The position numbers and the translations under genes are program-made. Shown here piece after piece: positions 37,101-48,650 of a stretch of 64,000 nucleotides of DNA (position 1 is the stretch's first letter; each line of letters begins with the position of its first letter). Location: positions 310,001-374,000 of the forward strand of contig NW_026781968.1 in NCBI RefSeq assembly GCF_031769215.1, written 5' to 3'. The notes below the pieces were generated by a model. It saw only the letters and a list, made by a program, of their open reading frames with translations, did no database searches and was not told the DNA's origin. The stretch comes from Ylistrum balloti. Lineage: Eukaryota.

Positions 37101-39806
37101 CATTATTTTTTTTGTTTTCCGGCGGTTGGTATCTTGTATTTTACTTTTTTTTACATTTTGTTTTTTGATATGCATTAGTTTGTAGAGGTTTGTGGTTGAA
37201 AGGATGTATGATTAATTCAATTCAATATATCACGCCACGATGACTATTAGATAATGAACGGTGTGTCCATATAAAAGGTATTCTACAATTTCTTTCTGGT
37301 TGTAGATATCACGTCTGCCCTTCATTTGTATAGAATTTTGTACAAATATTATTTTCATTAAAACCCCGTATTAAAGCATGCAAGTATAGCTGACTGTTCG
37401 TTGAAGGTTGCCAGTCGTCATGTGTTCATGGTAGTAGCCCTGATCTACGTAGTGTTTGGCCTAATTGGAAAAGTATCCGCCATTTTCATCACAATTCCGT
37501 ATCCAGTGTTAGGAGGCGTTCTAATCGTTATGTTCGGTGCCTTCAATGGAGTCGTCTTATCCAACCTAAAGTGCGTCAATATGTCATCCACTCGGAACCT
37601 CACTATCATCGGAACATCTCTAATCGTAGGCTTGATGGTGCCACAGTGGATACGAGAATACGACAACCCAATTGACACAGGTTTATATAGTAAAATTATT
37701 GATATTAATGGCAAGGCCACATCTATATGTAATAAAGTTACAAATATTGACGTAACCGGTATACGATACATGTACTAGTATATAAAGACAAATTATTATC
37801 CTTATAGTACAAATGTACACGTATTGAAGACAAGCTTGTGTATATTCTTTACCTGTTTTTGATACAATCTTATTTATGCGTTGTGTAGCATTCCGTACTC
37901 TGTTTACTTATTGGAATGAATACTTAAGTGTATCTATCAACACCAATGTGTCCACAACCTATGGTGTTAACATATCGCAGTTGATTCCATATTCAAGGTC
38001 CTGCTCCCATTGTCTCGTTTCTCGTGTAGAAAGTGGTCAACTGACAGACAAGCACGTAACACAGTTATAGTTTATTATCTGATCCTAATGAGAAATGTTC
38101 TATTCGATTCTTTTCTTTTCGATGTGAAGCTGGGCGTGTTTGATGCTTGTTAGTTGACGCAGAAGACGCCTACTCTTTCGAAACCCCTGGTTTTGTTCTC
38201 CCTGTGCTTTTTTCAGGATTCTCTCTTTTGTTCAAATTTTGCCCCACTTTGATTGAATTTTAATTTTGGTTATGATTATGTTTACATGTTGTTATATTCT
38301 TGTTTTTTTCCAAATCATTGTTAAGATAGCATATAAGATATAAACCATTCTGACCATTGCTAAAGTTTACATATGTCATTACACATATGTTATAAAACAA
38401 GGAAGTTCATTTAAACAGTTAATATTATTGGACAGTAAGTAGGGTTTGGTAGAGGCTTCAATTTGTATCATTCATTGCACATACTAGAACTAATATTACT
38501 GCAGTTTTCCTCTAGTTTTAAAACATAATGCTGTTCAACTCTAATCTCCAGAGACATGTATGAATATATAGATTTATGTTTATTGCATTTATTGTTATAT
38601 TCTTCGCCATCTGTTTCTATCCTATACATTTCAAAAGGGAAGCAACTCCGTCAGATTTATACTGTGATGAATTATTAACAAATACACGTATATTACTTAA
38701 ACAGGAAATAAGGAGGCAGACGATGTGATAACAATGTTGCTTGGTAACCCTAACTTAACGGGTGGTTTACTGGCCTGCTTTCTCGACAATACTATTCCAG
38801 GTAAAATATCATTATTCCATCACTAACTTCCTTACCGTTAAAAGTCTTTAACACTAATATATTAGTTAAAAGTATACCGTTATGCTTCACTCTATGCATA
38901 AATATTGACATTAGTCGTTAAATATTCATCTGTGATATTTTAAATAGTGATTTATGATTTATGTACACAGTTTTGTAATTTATTCCTAAACTTTACCAGT
39001 ATTTAGTGTCTTATCTAAAAAACATTTTCTTCAGGTTGGTAATGTTATTAGAATAGAAGTTCTTAAAATAGAAACAGTAGAAGATTAGAGTGTGACGTTT
39101 CGATGACCACACGGCCACCTTCTATTCTATATTGTATTCAGTGTGCTTTGGTTTTGTTACGTTATGTTTTGGATTGTGTTGCAAAACTTTTAGAAAACTT
39201 ATGTTGGGGACTTATAATGTTTACAAAAAAACTTAGTCCCATATCTTAAAAATGAACAATAATTAAAGGATTCTGATTTCGAATAACAACAAGTTCGTAC
39301 TGATTATATAGATAACAGTAGTATCATGTGTCACAACCCTTGACTCCTATTAACCATAATATCATTAAAAGTAACAAGTCGCACTAATGATTAATTGACC
39401 TCATATTCATACCGTTTCCTTGCCGAATACCGAGGTCGATTTCATGAATAACTTTTCTTGTCATTTGAAGCCAGATACATTTTTACTTGCGAGAACAGAG
39501 CAATACACAATAAGGTATATTGTACAAAGCATAATTTGACCGTTAATGACTGTTGTTAGCATTTATACTACTACAGGCACAAGGGAAGAACGAGGTATTG
39601 CGGCGTGGGAAGCCATTGAAGAAAGTCCATCCTCAAAATATTCGGAGGGGTATGAGGTATATGAACCTCTACTGTTCGACAAGCTAAAACATTTCAAAAT
39701 ACTAAGGTTCCTTCCATTCATGCCTGCTCCTCAAGAGAAAGATTTGAAAAATGAGAGGTCATTGTCTATTGATCAAGGTAATCTCAATGGCATCACCAGT
39801 TTCTAA
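31164..39806 (+). CDS. SLC23A-like: SLC23 / nucleobase-ascorbate transporter (NAT, NCS2) family member, 11 identified coding exons, N-terminus unresolved
   Basis: Exons 31164-31373, 31721-31878, 32355-32455, 33199-33278, 35091-35272, 35536-35656, 36045-36201, 36624-36877, 37407-37680, 38705-38800, 39577-39806; GT-AG, phases consistent, 1863 nt (574 aa if Met 31302 is the start). Motifs: LIYKIS..PP, RLPLYQG, LLRFIGPITIVPT, RTDAR, WFYFPYPGQFG, SIGDYYACA, NRGIAIEG, GNIGAIGLTRVASR, S.RNL.IIG, FLDNTIPGT.EERG. Confidence 0.95.
32456..32970. repeat. 31 bp minisatellite starting exactly at the SLC23 exon 32355-32455 donor, ~16-17 copies
   Basis: First unit begins GTAAGGTTACACAGCTAG at 32456; later units begin ATAAGG/ATCAGG-TTATACAGCTAGTTTATTATCATTG. 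Confidence 0.93.
33520..34700. repeat. 29 bp minisatellite, ~40 copies (SLC23 intron)
   Basis: Unit CTACAAGTTCATGCTTTACACAAACAGAA; the frame-rotating spurious ORFs 33522-34622 come from it. Confidence 0.97.
36853..37040. repeat. 49 bp tandem repeat x4 duplicating an SLC23 exon end plus donor
   Basis: ATAGGACTGACTCGG|GTGAGTGTTTGTAA recurs with GT at 36878, 36927, 36976 and as ATGAGT at 37025. Confidence 0.95.
37940..38220 (+). mobile_element. Penelope-like retroelement 3' fragment in an SLC23 intron
   Basis: TYGVNISQLIPYSRSCS (ORF 37876-38070) matches the PLE RT C-terminal motif YGVYISQLIRYSRAC. It is followed by a GACGCCTACTC..GAAACCCCTGG tail motif, with related motifs at ~745-800 (minus), ~3000-3035 and ~51385-51410. 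Confidence 0.6.
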
Positions 39807-40666
39807 AATACTATTCAATGATGAAGAGACATATGAATTGCGGGGAAAGTTTCGCCACAGTTTAACGTGTCACGAAAATTAATGAAATGTTTAAATCACT
39901 ATAAGATAATTTCTGTCGATGTGTGTATGTATTACCCTGTACCAAGAAGGATTAATTATCTTGGCTGAAAAATGACAATTATAATGTCAGATTGTGAAGG
40001 TTAAATGTGTGGAGAAATATATGATTCAAAATGGCAACTGTATATGTAGTGTAATTTTGGTGAACTAAAATTATAAAAGAACATTTATTTAATGTAAATA
40101 AGAATATAGATAAACATCTCTGGAAGTTGGTTTGGTGAATTGAAATAAAGCTATATCTCATTTTTGCAGTGAAGTAAGATCGATACATATATCATAAGTA
40201 TATTTGTTTTATAAAGTGGCATCAAAATATATGCTATGATAACATCCATTGCTGAAATCGGGTTATGACCACACGTGTTAACTCCTAGTGGAGCTGTAAT
40301 TGACCGAAGGTTTCCATTTTTTAATTATGACGTCATAAGTTCCTGACGCCAAAGTTGTTCTTTTTTCCACATTATATCAAATTTTCGACGACGCAAGAGA
40401 TTTATACGACATTATTTTACTTTCTACATACATCATGAAACAGAGGATGGTTTGCTTTAGTAAGGATATAGAAAGATCAAAAACATTTCTGCTTAAATGA
40501 TTTTCTGCTTTGAAAGAGAAACATAAGGACATAATCAAAACCTGGATTAGCTATTCTTAATCTTGTGCAATCTTTGACAATAAATATTGTACAAAAGACA
40601 CACAAGTCAATAGCATCTTTTAATAATTCAGAGTTAGATACACTAGTGCTAAACAATGAAGTTACC

Positions 40667-40803
40667 TACATCATACAGCTCTTTCGTCCTTTTAGGACTT
40701 GTCAGTGATGTTACATCATACAGCTCTTCCGTCCTTCTATGACTCCTCAGTGATGCTATATCATACAGTTGTTTCGTCCGTCTATGACTCCTCAGTGATG
40801 CTA
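40667..40803. repeat. 45 bp tandem repeat x3
   Basis: Unit ~TACATCATACAGCTCTTTCGTCCTTCTATGACTCCTCAGTGATGC. Confidence 0.85.
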
Positions 40804-43012
40804 CGAGCCTAAATTTTGAAGCCTAAGAGGCGAATGCGGAAACTCCAAATTGTGATCGAAAGATCAAGAACCAAGCTAAATGATATGTTCATCGGATCCA
40901 TCCAGTGCGGACTCGCATATCTCAAATCTCTGTGATTATTGTGATAATTAATGTTTTATTGAAATCTATTCAAGACTTCTAGAGTAATTCCCGCAAGAGA
41001 AATATCCTAGCAACGGGAAAACGTTGAAATTGTTGACGCAATTAACCGAATCACGATCTCAACTAATTTATATCTCAAAATCGCAGATATAACATTGGAA
41101 TTCGTTGTATTTTTAATTCAGCCTTTCAGTATATTCTTTTTTCCCGAAAATAGCAAAAAATAGAACCTTACGAAAATAGTGAAAACCAGAATACAACGAA
41201 AATAGTGAAAAATAGAACCTCACAAAAATAGAATCCTATACTGAAAGTGAGAAATAGAATCCCACAAAAATATATGAAAACAGAACTCAAGGGAAAACCA
41301 GCACTCACAATACAAAGTTAATCGATGACGGGCCTGGTTCATTGAGTGTTTCCGCGGTTACGTATGTCAATGAATTGGGCGCGTTGTGCTGCTCATTTAT
41401 GTCATATATAGCGTATGACGGTCATGTTTTTTTTGTTAAATTTCTACAGTAGTTATTCCAAGACAAGGTTCTCTGTATGTTGTTGTGCTGTAAAGTGCTT
41501 GTTGTTAGTATTTGCATTCTTATATATTCCTTTTGTACTTACCAACCATGAACCATTGTAATATGAGTACACTGTACATTTCTTGTGTTATTCAATTGAA
41601 AACAAATATATTGTGTCGATGTCGTCCATTTGTTGTGCTTATGGAAACTTCTTGATCCTATTGATCAATAAAACGATCTATTGCTTCAAATATTGAAATA
41701 CTTCAAACAATTAACGTGACCGTGATGGCATGACTAGAGCAGCCAACATCAAAGAGCCATCTATAGATCGATATAGATTCACAGCGAGTTCTTATAATAT
41801 CGATACTGCTCAGCGAATTAAAACAAAAAATGCAGCAGGTGTGAAATATATCAAGTTGTCGTGTATAAATAATCATATTTTATTCACGTAATGAAAGTAT
41901 AACAAGTCCTCCATATCCAGATTAACAACTGTTATCTCCATTGGGATCTGTAGTATCTTAGCAACACGGATGTTGAATAGAGCACTGTGTATACGTAATC
42001 ACGCCTTGTTAGGCTACCTCTATTGACAATGATATAAAGTGAACGGGTTTGGATTGGATAGTTTATGGCATATTATTAAAATACATACCAGTTATTAATT
42101 AGAATCCGAAATTGACAGGAAGTTTTCGAAGAATTTGCTTAATGAATATGCTTTTTAAAGTGAGCACCTATATTATCGTTATTAAAGTTGTCACACTACA
42201 GTGACGCTAGACATTATGTATCCGATCGTCTTTGAGACTTAAAGCTAGACATCGATTCCTTGTCGGGACGTGTAGGTGGTGATTTGTGCCCATGGTGACA
42301 GGAATGTCGGGCTCGGTACACCGGGTGGGCCAGGCATGGGTTCAATGAATGAGCCACTTGCAGTAAAATGATTGTAAACACTGATCCTGACAGCAGTGGT
42401 GAGTATCTGATCGATCTGGAAACAATAATCATGTCTATCGATTTTGTACAAATGAGCCAGACATACTCAAGGGAAATAGTGTTAACCTACATGTGCAGTA
42501 GGTTGTAATTTTCTATGGGAAATATTTCGGAATCAGTACTCTCCAGACGGCAGCTACTTTCAGGATCTTGGACTATGAATAACACTGAAGTGGTAAGCAT
42601 GACATGTGCAGATAGATTCCTGTTATCAATACAACAGTAAAGTATACCATATCGGCCCATTACTTCCATACAGCCAGGGAGAACACGACAGGAATTATGT
42701 ATTTAATTGGTGGTGTGGGCTGGCTGTGTTTATAGGCACCCAGCAGCATGAAATGAGGATAAAACTGACATGTAATTGTGATGTCTTCTTAAACGGTACA
42801 TTATTTCCAGTTAAAAACAGGGTAAAGATATCGAAGTTACTTTCTAATATTGCTGCTACAATGGACATGTTGTTCTGGTATTGTCTATATAATAGTGTAT
42901 AGCAAACTTGAATACCAGCGGCGGACGTTGTTGTGTAAAAACTGTGATTAACACCATTTAGATCCAGTGAGTTGCGTTTGCTCATGTAACCTAAAGGTAA
43001 TGTTGTAGAAAT

Positions 43013-44071
43013 ATGGCTGATGACCTTAGCAACGGTACTGAACACGTGTCTGTATGCTTTCTGTGTCAGGACGACTTCCGGGACCCACGCCTTCTCGAAT
43101 GCTACCATACTTTCTGTTTCAGGTGTATTAAGACTTACATCGACATCAACAACCGCGGGGGTTTATACAAATGTCCTTTGTGTAAGGTAGAAATGAAAGT
43201 TCCTCTGCTTGGAGCTATGGGTCTGGAGAAAAATTATTACACCGAATCTAAGAACTCAGAATTGAATTCAGGCATCAATTGTGATATTTGTCAGCAGAGG
43301 ACGCCGACAATGACCCATTGTTACCAATGTGACCAGGATATGTGTGAGTCGTGTGTGACCTATCACGCCAAGGTCGAATCCACCAAAGACCATAAAGTAG
43401 GCGATATAGCCAAACCCGATCGTCCTAGAGATCGACGCATTGTGCGCTGCTTCATTCACAAGGCAGACATGCAGTATTATTGTGAGGAATGTAAGGAACT
43501 GATTTGTCTGGACTGTAATATGACGTCACACAAACTTCACACATCCAAAGAAGTAAGTGAGGCTGCTCTGACTTATCGACAAGAACTGGCAGATGAATTA
43601 ATGAAAGATGAGTATAAAAGTCACTTAAAAGAACTGTCAGAAGGTAACAAGGAAATACAAGCAGACAAAGAAAAAGCGATAGCACTGCTTGATAAACAAA
43701 AGAGAGATCTTCAGAAATACTTGGAAACGATACGGCTCGAGCTCATGCAGCAATTTGTAGATGATGATGATGACACGGAAACTGAAAGTTCAAAAGAAGG
43801 TGAAAATGAAGAAAAGAAGGACGATAAACGACAAAACGATGAAAAGTTCAAATCGTTTGCAGATGTTTATTTCTTGGCGTCTCAAATGATAGATCAAGCA
43901 GACGATACAGTTATTGTAGAACACGGTGCCAAATTGCTAGAAAGTCTTCGAACAATGAAGAAATCGGGCGAAAAATCGAAAGACGTGCAAAAGAGAAACA
44001 TGTCTTTTCAACCAGGAACCCTGAACAAAGAGCTTTTGAGAAGAATGTTTGGAAAGTTAGTCTTTAAATAA
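43013..44071 (+). CDS. TRIM/RBCC E3 ubiquitin ligase-like protein (RING, B-box1, B-box2, coiled coil), 352 aa, single coding exon
   Basis: RING CFLCQDDFRDPRLLECYHTFCFRCI..CPLC; B-box1 CDICQ..HCYQCDQDMCESC..H..H; B-box2 CFIH..YYCEECKELICLDC...H..H; then a K/E-rich helical region. TTGTAG acceptor 4 nt before the ATG. Confidence 0.93.
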   Translation: MADDLSNGTEHVSVCFLCQDDFRDPRLLECYHTFCFRCIKTYIDINNRGGLYKCPLCKVEMKVPLLGAMGLEKNYYTESKNSELNSGINCDICQQRTPTMTHCYQCDQDMCESCVTYHAKVESTKDHKVGDIAKPDRPRDRRIVRCFIHKADMQYYCEECKELICLDCNMTSHKLHTSKEVSEAALTYRQELADELMKDEYKSHLKELSEGNKEIQADKEKAIALLDKQKRDLQKYLETIRLELMQQFVDDDDDTETESSKEGENEEKKDDKRQNDEKFKSFADVYFLASQMIDQADDTVIVEHGAKLLESLRTMKKSGEKSKDVQKRNMSFQPGTLNKELLRRMFGKLVFK

Positions 44072-44194
44072 CAATTTGAATCAAGAATGGTATGGATGAA
44101 CATCATGGTAACCAAATCGTTAAACAGTTTTTAACATGTTACCTGTATAATTGAATACATTGTATGACTATTACAATGCAAACACATGCATGAC

Positions 44195-44450
44195 TTTTAC
44201 AACGTAAACACATGTATGAATATTATTATGTAAACATATGTATGAATATTATAATGTTAACATACGTATGAATATTATAATGTAAACATATGTATGAATA
44301 ATATAATGTAAACATACGAATGAATATTATAATGTAAACATATGTATAGATATTATTATGTAAACATATGTATGAATATTATAATATAAACATACGTATG
44401 AATATTATAATGTAAACATATGTATGAATAATATAATGTAAACATGTATG
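44195..44450. repeat. 26 bp AT-rich minisatellite, ~10 copies
   Basis: Unit TGTAAACATATGTATGAATATTATAA. Confidence 0.93.
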
Positions 44451-44524
44451 AGTTAGTATATATAGTAAGAACAGGACTGGCATTTGTTAAAAAGATGTTG
44501 TCCAATTTCACTCAATCAACAAAC

Positions 44525-46685
44525 GCAGCGAAAATCTGTATCAGACAAACGTGGCGAAAATCTGTATCAGACAAACGTGGCCATTATCTGGCTCCAGACA
44601 AAGGCGGTGAAAATTGTTATCAGACAAAGGCCACCAAAATCTTTATCAGACAAACGTGGCCATGATCTTGCTTCAGACAAACGTGGCGAAAATCTGTATC
44701 AGAAAACGTGCCCATTATCTGGCTTCAGACAAAGGCGGCGAAAATCTATATCAGACAAAGGCGGCGAAAATCTGTATCAGACAAAGGCGGCGAAAATCTG
44801 TATCAAACATGGCGAAAATCTGTATCAGACAAACGTGGCGAAAATCTGTATCAGACAAAGGCGGCGAAAATCTGTATCAGACAAAGGCGGCGAAAATCTG
44901 TATCAGACAAACGTGGCCATCATCTGGCTCCAGACAAAGGCGGCGAAAATCTGTATCAGACAAACGTGGCCATTATCTGGCTCCAGACAAAGGCGGCGAA
45001 AATCGTAATCGGACAAAGGCGGCGAAAATCTGTATCAGACAAACATGGCGAAAATCTGTATCAGACAAAGGCGGCGAAAATCTGTATCAGACAAACATGG
45101 CGAAAATCTGTATCAGACAAACGTGGCGAAAATCTGTATCAGACAAACGTGGCGAAAATCTGTATCAGACAAACGTGGCCATTATCTGGCTCCAGACAAA
45201 GGCGGCGAAAATCGTAATCGGACAAAGGCGGCGAAAATCTGTATCAGACAAACATGGCAAAAATCTGTATCAGACAGACGTGGCGAAAATCTGTATCAGA
45301 CAAATGTTGCGAAAATCTGTATCAGACAAACGTGACCGTGATCTGGCTTCAGACAAAGGCGGCGAAAATATGTATAAGACAAACGTGGCGAAAATCTGTA
45401 TCAGACAAACGTGGCCATGATCTGGCTCCAGACAAAGGTGGCGAAAATCTGTATCAGACAAAGGCGGCGAAAATCAGTATCAGACAAACATGGCAAAAAT
45501 CTGTATCAGACAAACGTGGCTATGATCTGGCTTCAGACAAAGGCGGCGAAAATCGTAATCGGACAGGGCGGCAATTGGAGGTTTCTACACCAGAGTATAT
45601 GGCAGATGTTTGGTGAAATTTGAATTTATTCTTTTTAACATTTGTCTGGATTACAGACAAACGTTGCGAAAATCTGTATCAGACAAAGGCGGTGAAAATC
45701 TGTATCAGACAAACATGGCGAAAATCTGTATCAGACAAACGTGGCGAAAATCTGTATCAGACAAACGTGGCGATAATCTGGCTTCAGACAAAGGTGGCGA
45801 TAATCAAAACGTATCAGACAAGAGGTGGTCATAATTCAAAGGTATGAGACAAAAGTTGCGATAATACCAAGGTATAAGATAAAAGTTGCGATAATTCGAA
45901 GATAACAGGCAAAAGTGGCGATAATCCGAAAATATAAGAAAAAAGTATGGATAATCCGAAGGTATCAGACAAAGATGGCGAAAATCCGAGGGCATTAAAC
46001 AAAGATGGCGATATTCCGTAGGTATTAGACCAAGGAGGCGAAAATCTAAGGTATCAGACAAAAGAAGCGATGATCCGAAGGTGTCAGGCAAGGGAGGCGA
46101 TAATCCGTAGGAATTAGACAAAAGTGGCGAAAATCTGTGTTACAAAGGTGGTGATAAATCTCGGGTATAACCTTTGTATGATACCTTAGATTTATCACGG
46201 TCTTTGTAGATTTTGGCGATAGTCCGAGGGTATTAAACAAAGGTGGCAGAAATCCGTGCATCAGATAAAGTTGACCATAAATCTTAGGTATGAGACAAAG
46301 GTGGCAAATACCCGAACAAATCAGACAAAGGTGGCGATAATCCGAATGTGTAAAACAAAAGTAGCGATGATCGGAATGTATCAGACAAAAGTAGCATTGA
46401 TCGGAAGGTAACAGACAAAAGTTGCGATGATCGGAAGGTAACAGACAAAAGTGGCGATGATCGGAAGGTAACAGACAAAAGTAGCGATAATCAGAAGGTA
46501 TCAGACAAAGTAACGATGATCGGAAGGTATCAGACAAACGTAGCGATGATCAGAAGGTATCAGACAAAAGTAGTGATGATCAGAAGGTATCAGACAAAAG
46601 TAGCGATGATCGGAAGGTAACAGACAAAAGTAGCGATGATCGGAGGGTATTAGACAAAAGTAGCGATGATCGGAAAGTATCAGAA
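44525..46685. repeat. Composite GACAAA-anchored minisatellite (26 bp units grading into 30 bp units)
   Basis: 44525-45810: GACAAA(GGC/CGT)GGCGAAAATCTGTATCA (26 bp) with interspersed variant units; 45810-46330: degenerate; 46330-46685: GACAAAAGTAGCGATGATCGGAAGGTATCA (30 bp). All ORFs 44444-46537 are repeat artefacts. Confidence 0.93.
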
Positions 46686-48069
46686 ATATAACGAACAGAC
46701 TAGATGCCGCTTGCTTACTATATAAAGATGGGTTATTATTCTCTTATAATGAATCTTTATGATAAAAAATACAATTTATAAAAGAAACCTGCAACTTCAG
46801 TACAATATCAGTACTACTAACTTTATGTAAGGAATAGAGAAAACCTTTTGGTGAAAGTATAGATATTTAGCCTGCTTCGTTAATGTCTAGTGTCTTAGTA
46901 GTCTCCTGCATTGTGATGAGAGCACTTTGAATTATGAAATGCCTTTTATTTGTGCCAAAATGATGTCAACATCAGATATGCCTTATTTCAATTGCTGTTG
47001 TCATGAAGTGCGATACTAAATAATGTTAATAGATACTAATTTTATAGTGCATTTATCAGTTAAGAATAAAATTTTCATAGTCGTCATCTGACACTAACCA
47101 TAATAAATAGGGGGGGGGGGGGGAGAGTTTAACTATTTAGATATATTGAAACAATCAATTTATTTAAATTTCAGAAATAAAAATGTTTCCATGTGTAGAA
47201 CCAATTTTGTGGAATAAGATCTACCAAAAATTGAACGCTTCATCAAATCAGTGGGTTTATAGAGGTCAGTTGTTTAAATAGTGTACCATTTCAATTACAC
47301 TTACTTGATACTCAGAAATATAGCAAAATATCTGCGTTGTCATGCAAATATTAATAATAATATGGATTTTTCATATTGTCGTATTACCGCATTTTCAATG
47401 GAGTGAATAAAAACAAACAACCAAAATAAGAAATACAGAAATAAATTGAAATCTGCTTCAAATGCCACTTAGCTCCCATCCTGGATACTCTATATAAGTC
47501 AGGGTTCCTTTCATAGCAAAATTTAAAGCACAAGTAATTTGATTGGTCAAGAGCGGGTTTCGGGACAGACTAACTGACAGATACGCTCCTTTGGAGATTG
47601 CGAATTTCCTAATTATTACTTATTCATAGTGATCTTAATAGGTGAAATGACACGAGTGTCAGAGGCTAACTATATCTTATTTGTATGGTAGAACAAAAAG
47701 TTAAAGTCATGCCTTCTTAATTTGAATAATATACATATAGCTTTATGTAAACAGGCTGCATTGTTGAATGTTAATTCCTGGTCGATTTTGTGTAAATAAA
47801 TAATTTGTTGTACGAGGGATAGTTAATTGAGGTACATGATAATGATTTACGACATGTGATTATATGTAGTGCTTCATGTGTTAATAATTTATGTATGTAT
47901 GGAAACATCGATCAGGTGCCAGAAATGTTGTACAAATGATATTGATCATGTGATTAATCTCGTATGTTATGAATGTGGGTTTTAACATGTGACATAAATG
48001 TTGTACGTAAAGTATTGGTCAGGTTATCCATGTCATATACATGGAGAGCATTTAAATATGCATCAAGAT

Positions 48070-48650
48070 ATATTGATGACGTAACAGATATAGGTACCGA
48101 GATGTATTGCTGACGTAATAGATATAGGTATCAAATTGATGACGTAACAGATATAGGTATCGAGATATATTGATGACGTAATAGATATAGGTATCGATAT
48201 GTATTGATGACGCAATAGATATAGGTATCGAGATGTATAGATGACGCTATAGATATAGGTACAGGGATGTATTGATGACGTAATAGATATAGGTATCGAG
48301 ATGTATTGATGACGTAATAGATATAGGTACAGGGATGTATTGATGACGTAATGTGTTGATGATATAGGTATCGATATAGATGTGTTGATGACGTAATAGA
48401 TTATAGGTACAGGGATGTATTGATGACGTAATAGATATAGGTATCGAGATGTATTGATGACGTAATAGATATAGGTACAGGGATGTATTGATGACGTAAT
48501 AGATATAGGTATCGAGATGTGTTGATGACGTAATAGATTATAGGTACCGGGATGTATTGATGACGTAATAGATATAGGTATCGAGATGTATTGATGACGA
48601 AATAGATATAGGTATCGAGATGTATTGATGACGTAGATGACGTTATAGAT
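48070..48650. repeat. 34 bp minisatellite, ~17 copies
   Basis: Unit TATTGATGACGTAATAGATATAGGTATCGAGATG (variant ...GGTACAGGGATG). Confidence 0.93.

Noticed and set aside
42695-43108. 137 aa antisense ORF overlapping the TRIM start
   Set aside because: No family motif; it is partly the antisense shadow of the TRIM coding region.
44444-46685. CRISPR-like array or repeat-protein gene
   Set aside because: The segments between the GACAAA anchors are themselves repeated variants, not unique spacers; the context is eukaryotic with no cas genes; the ORFs are frame-rotating repeat artefacts.
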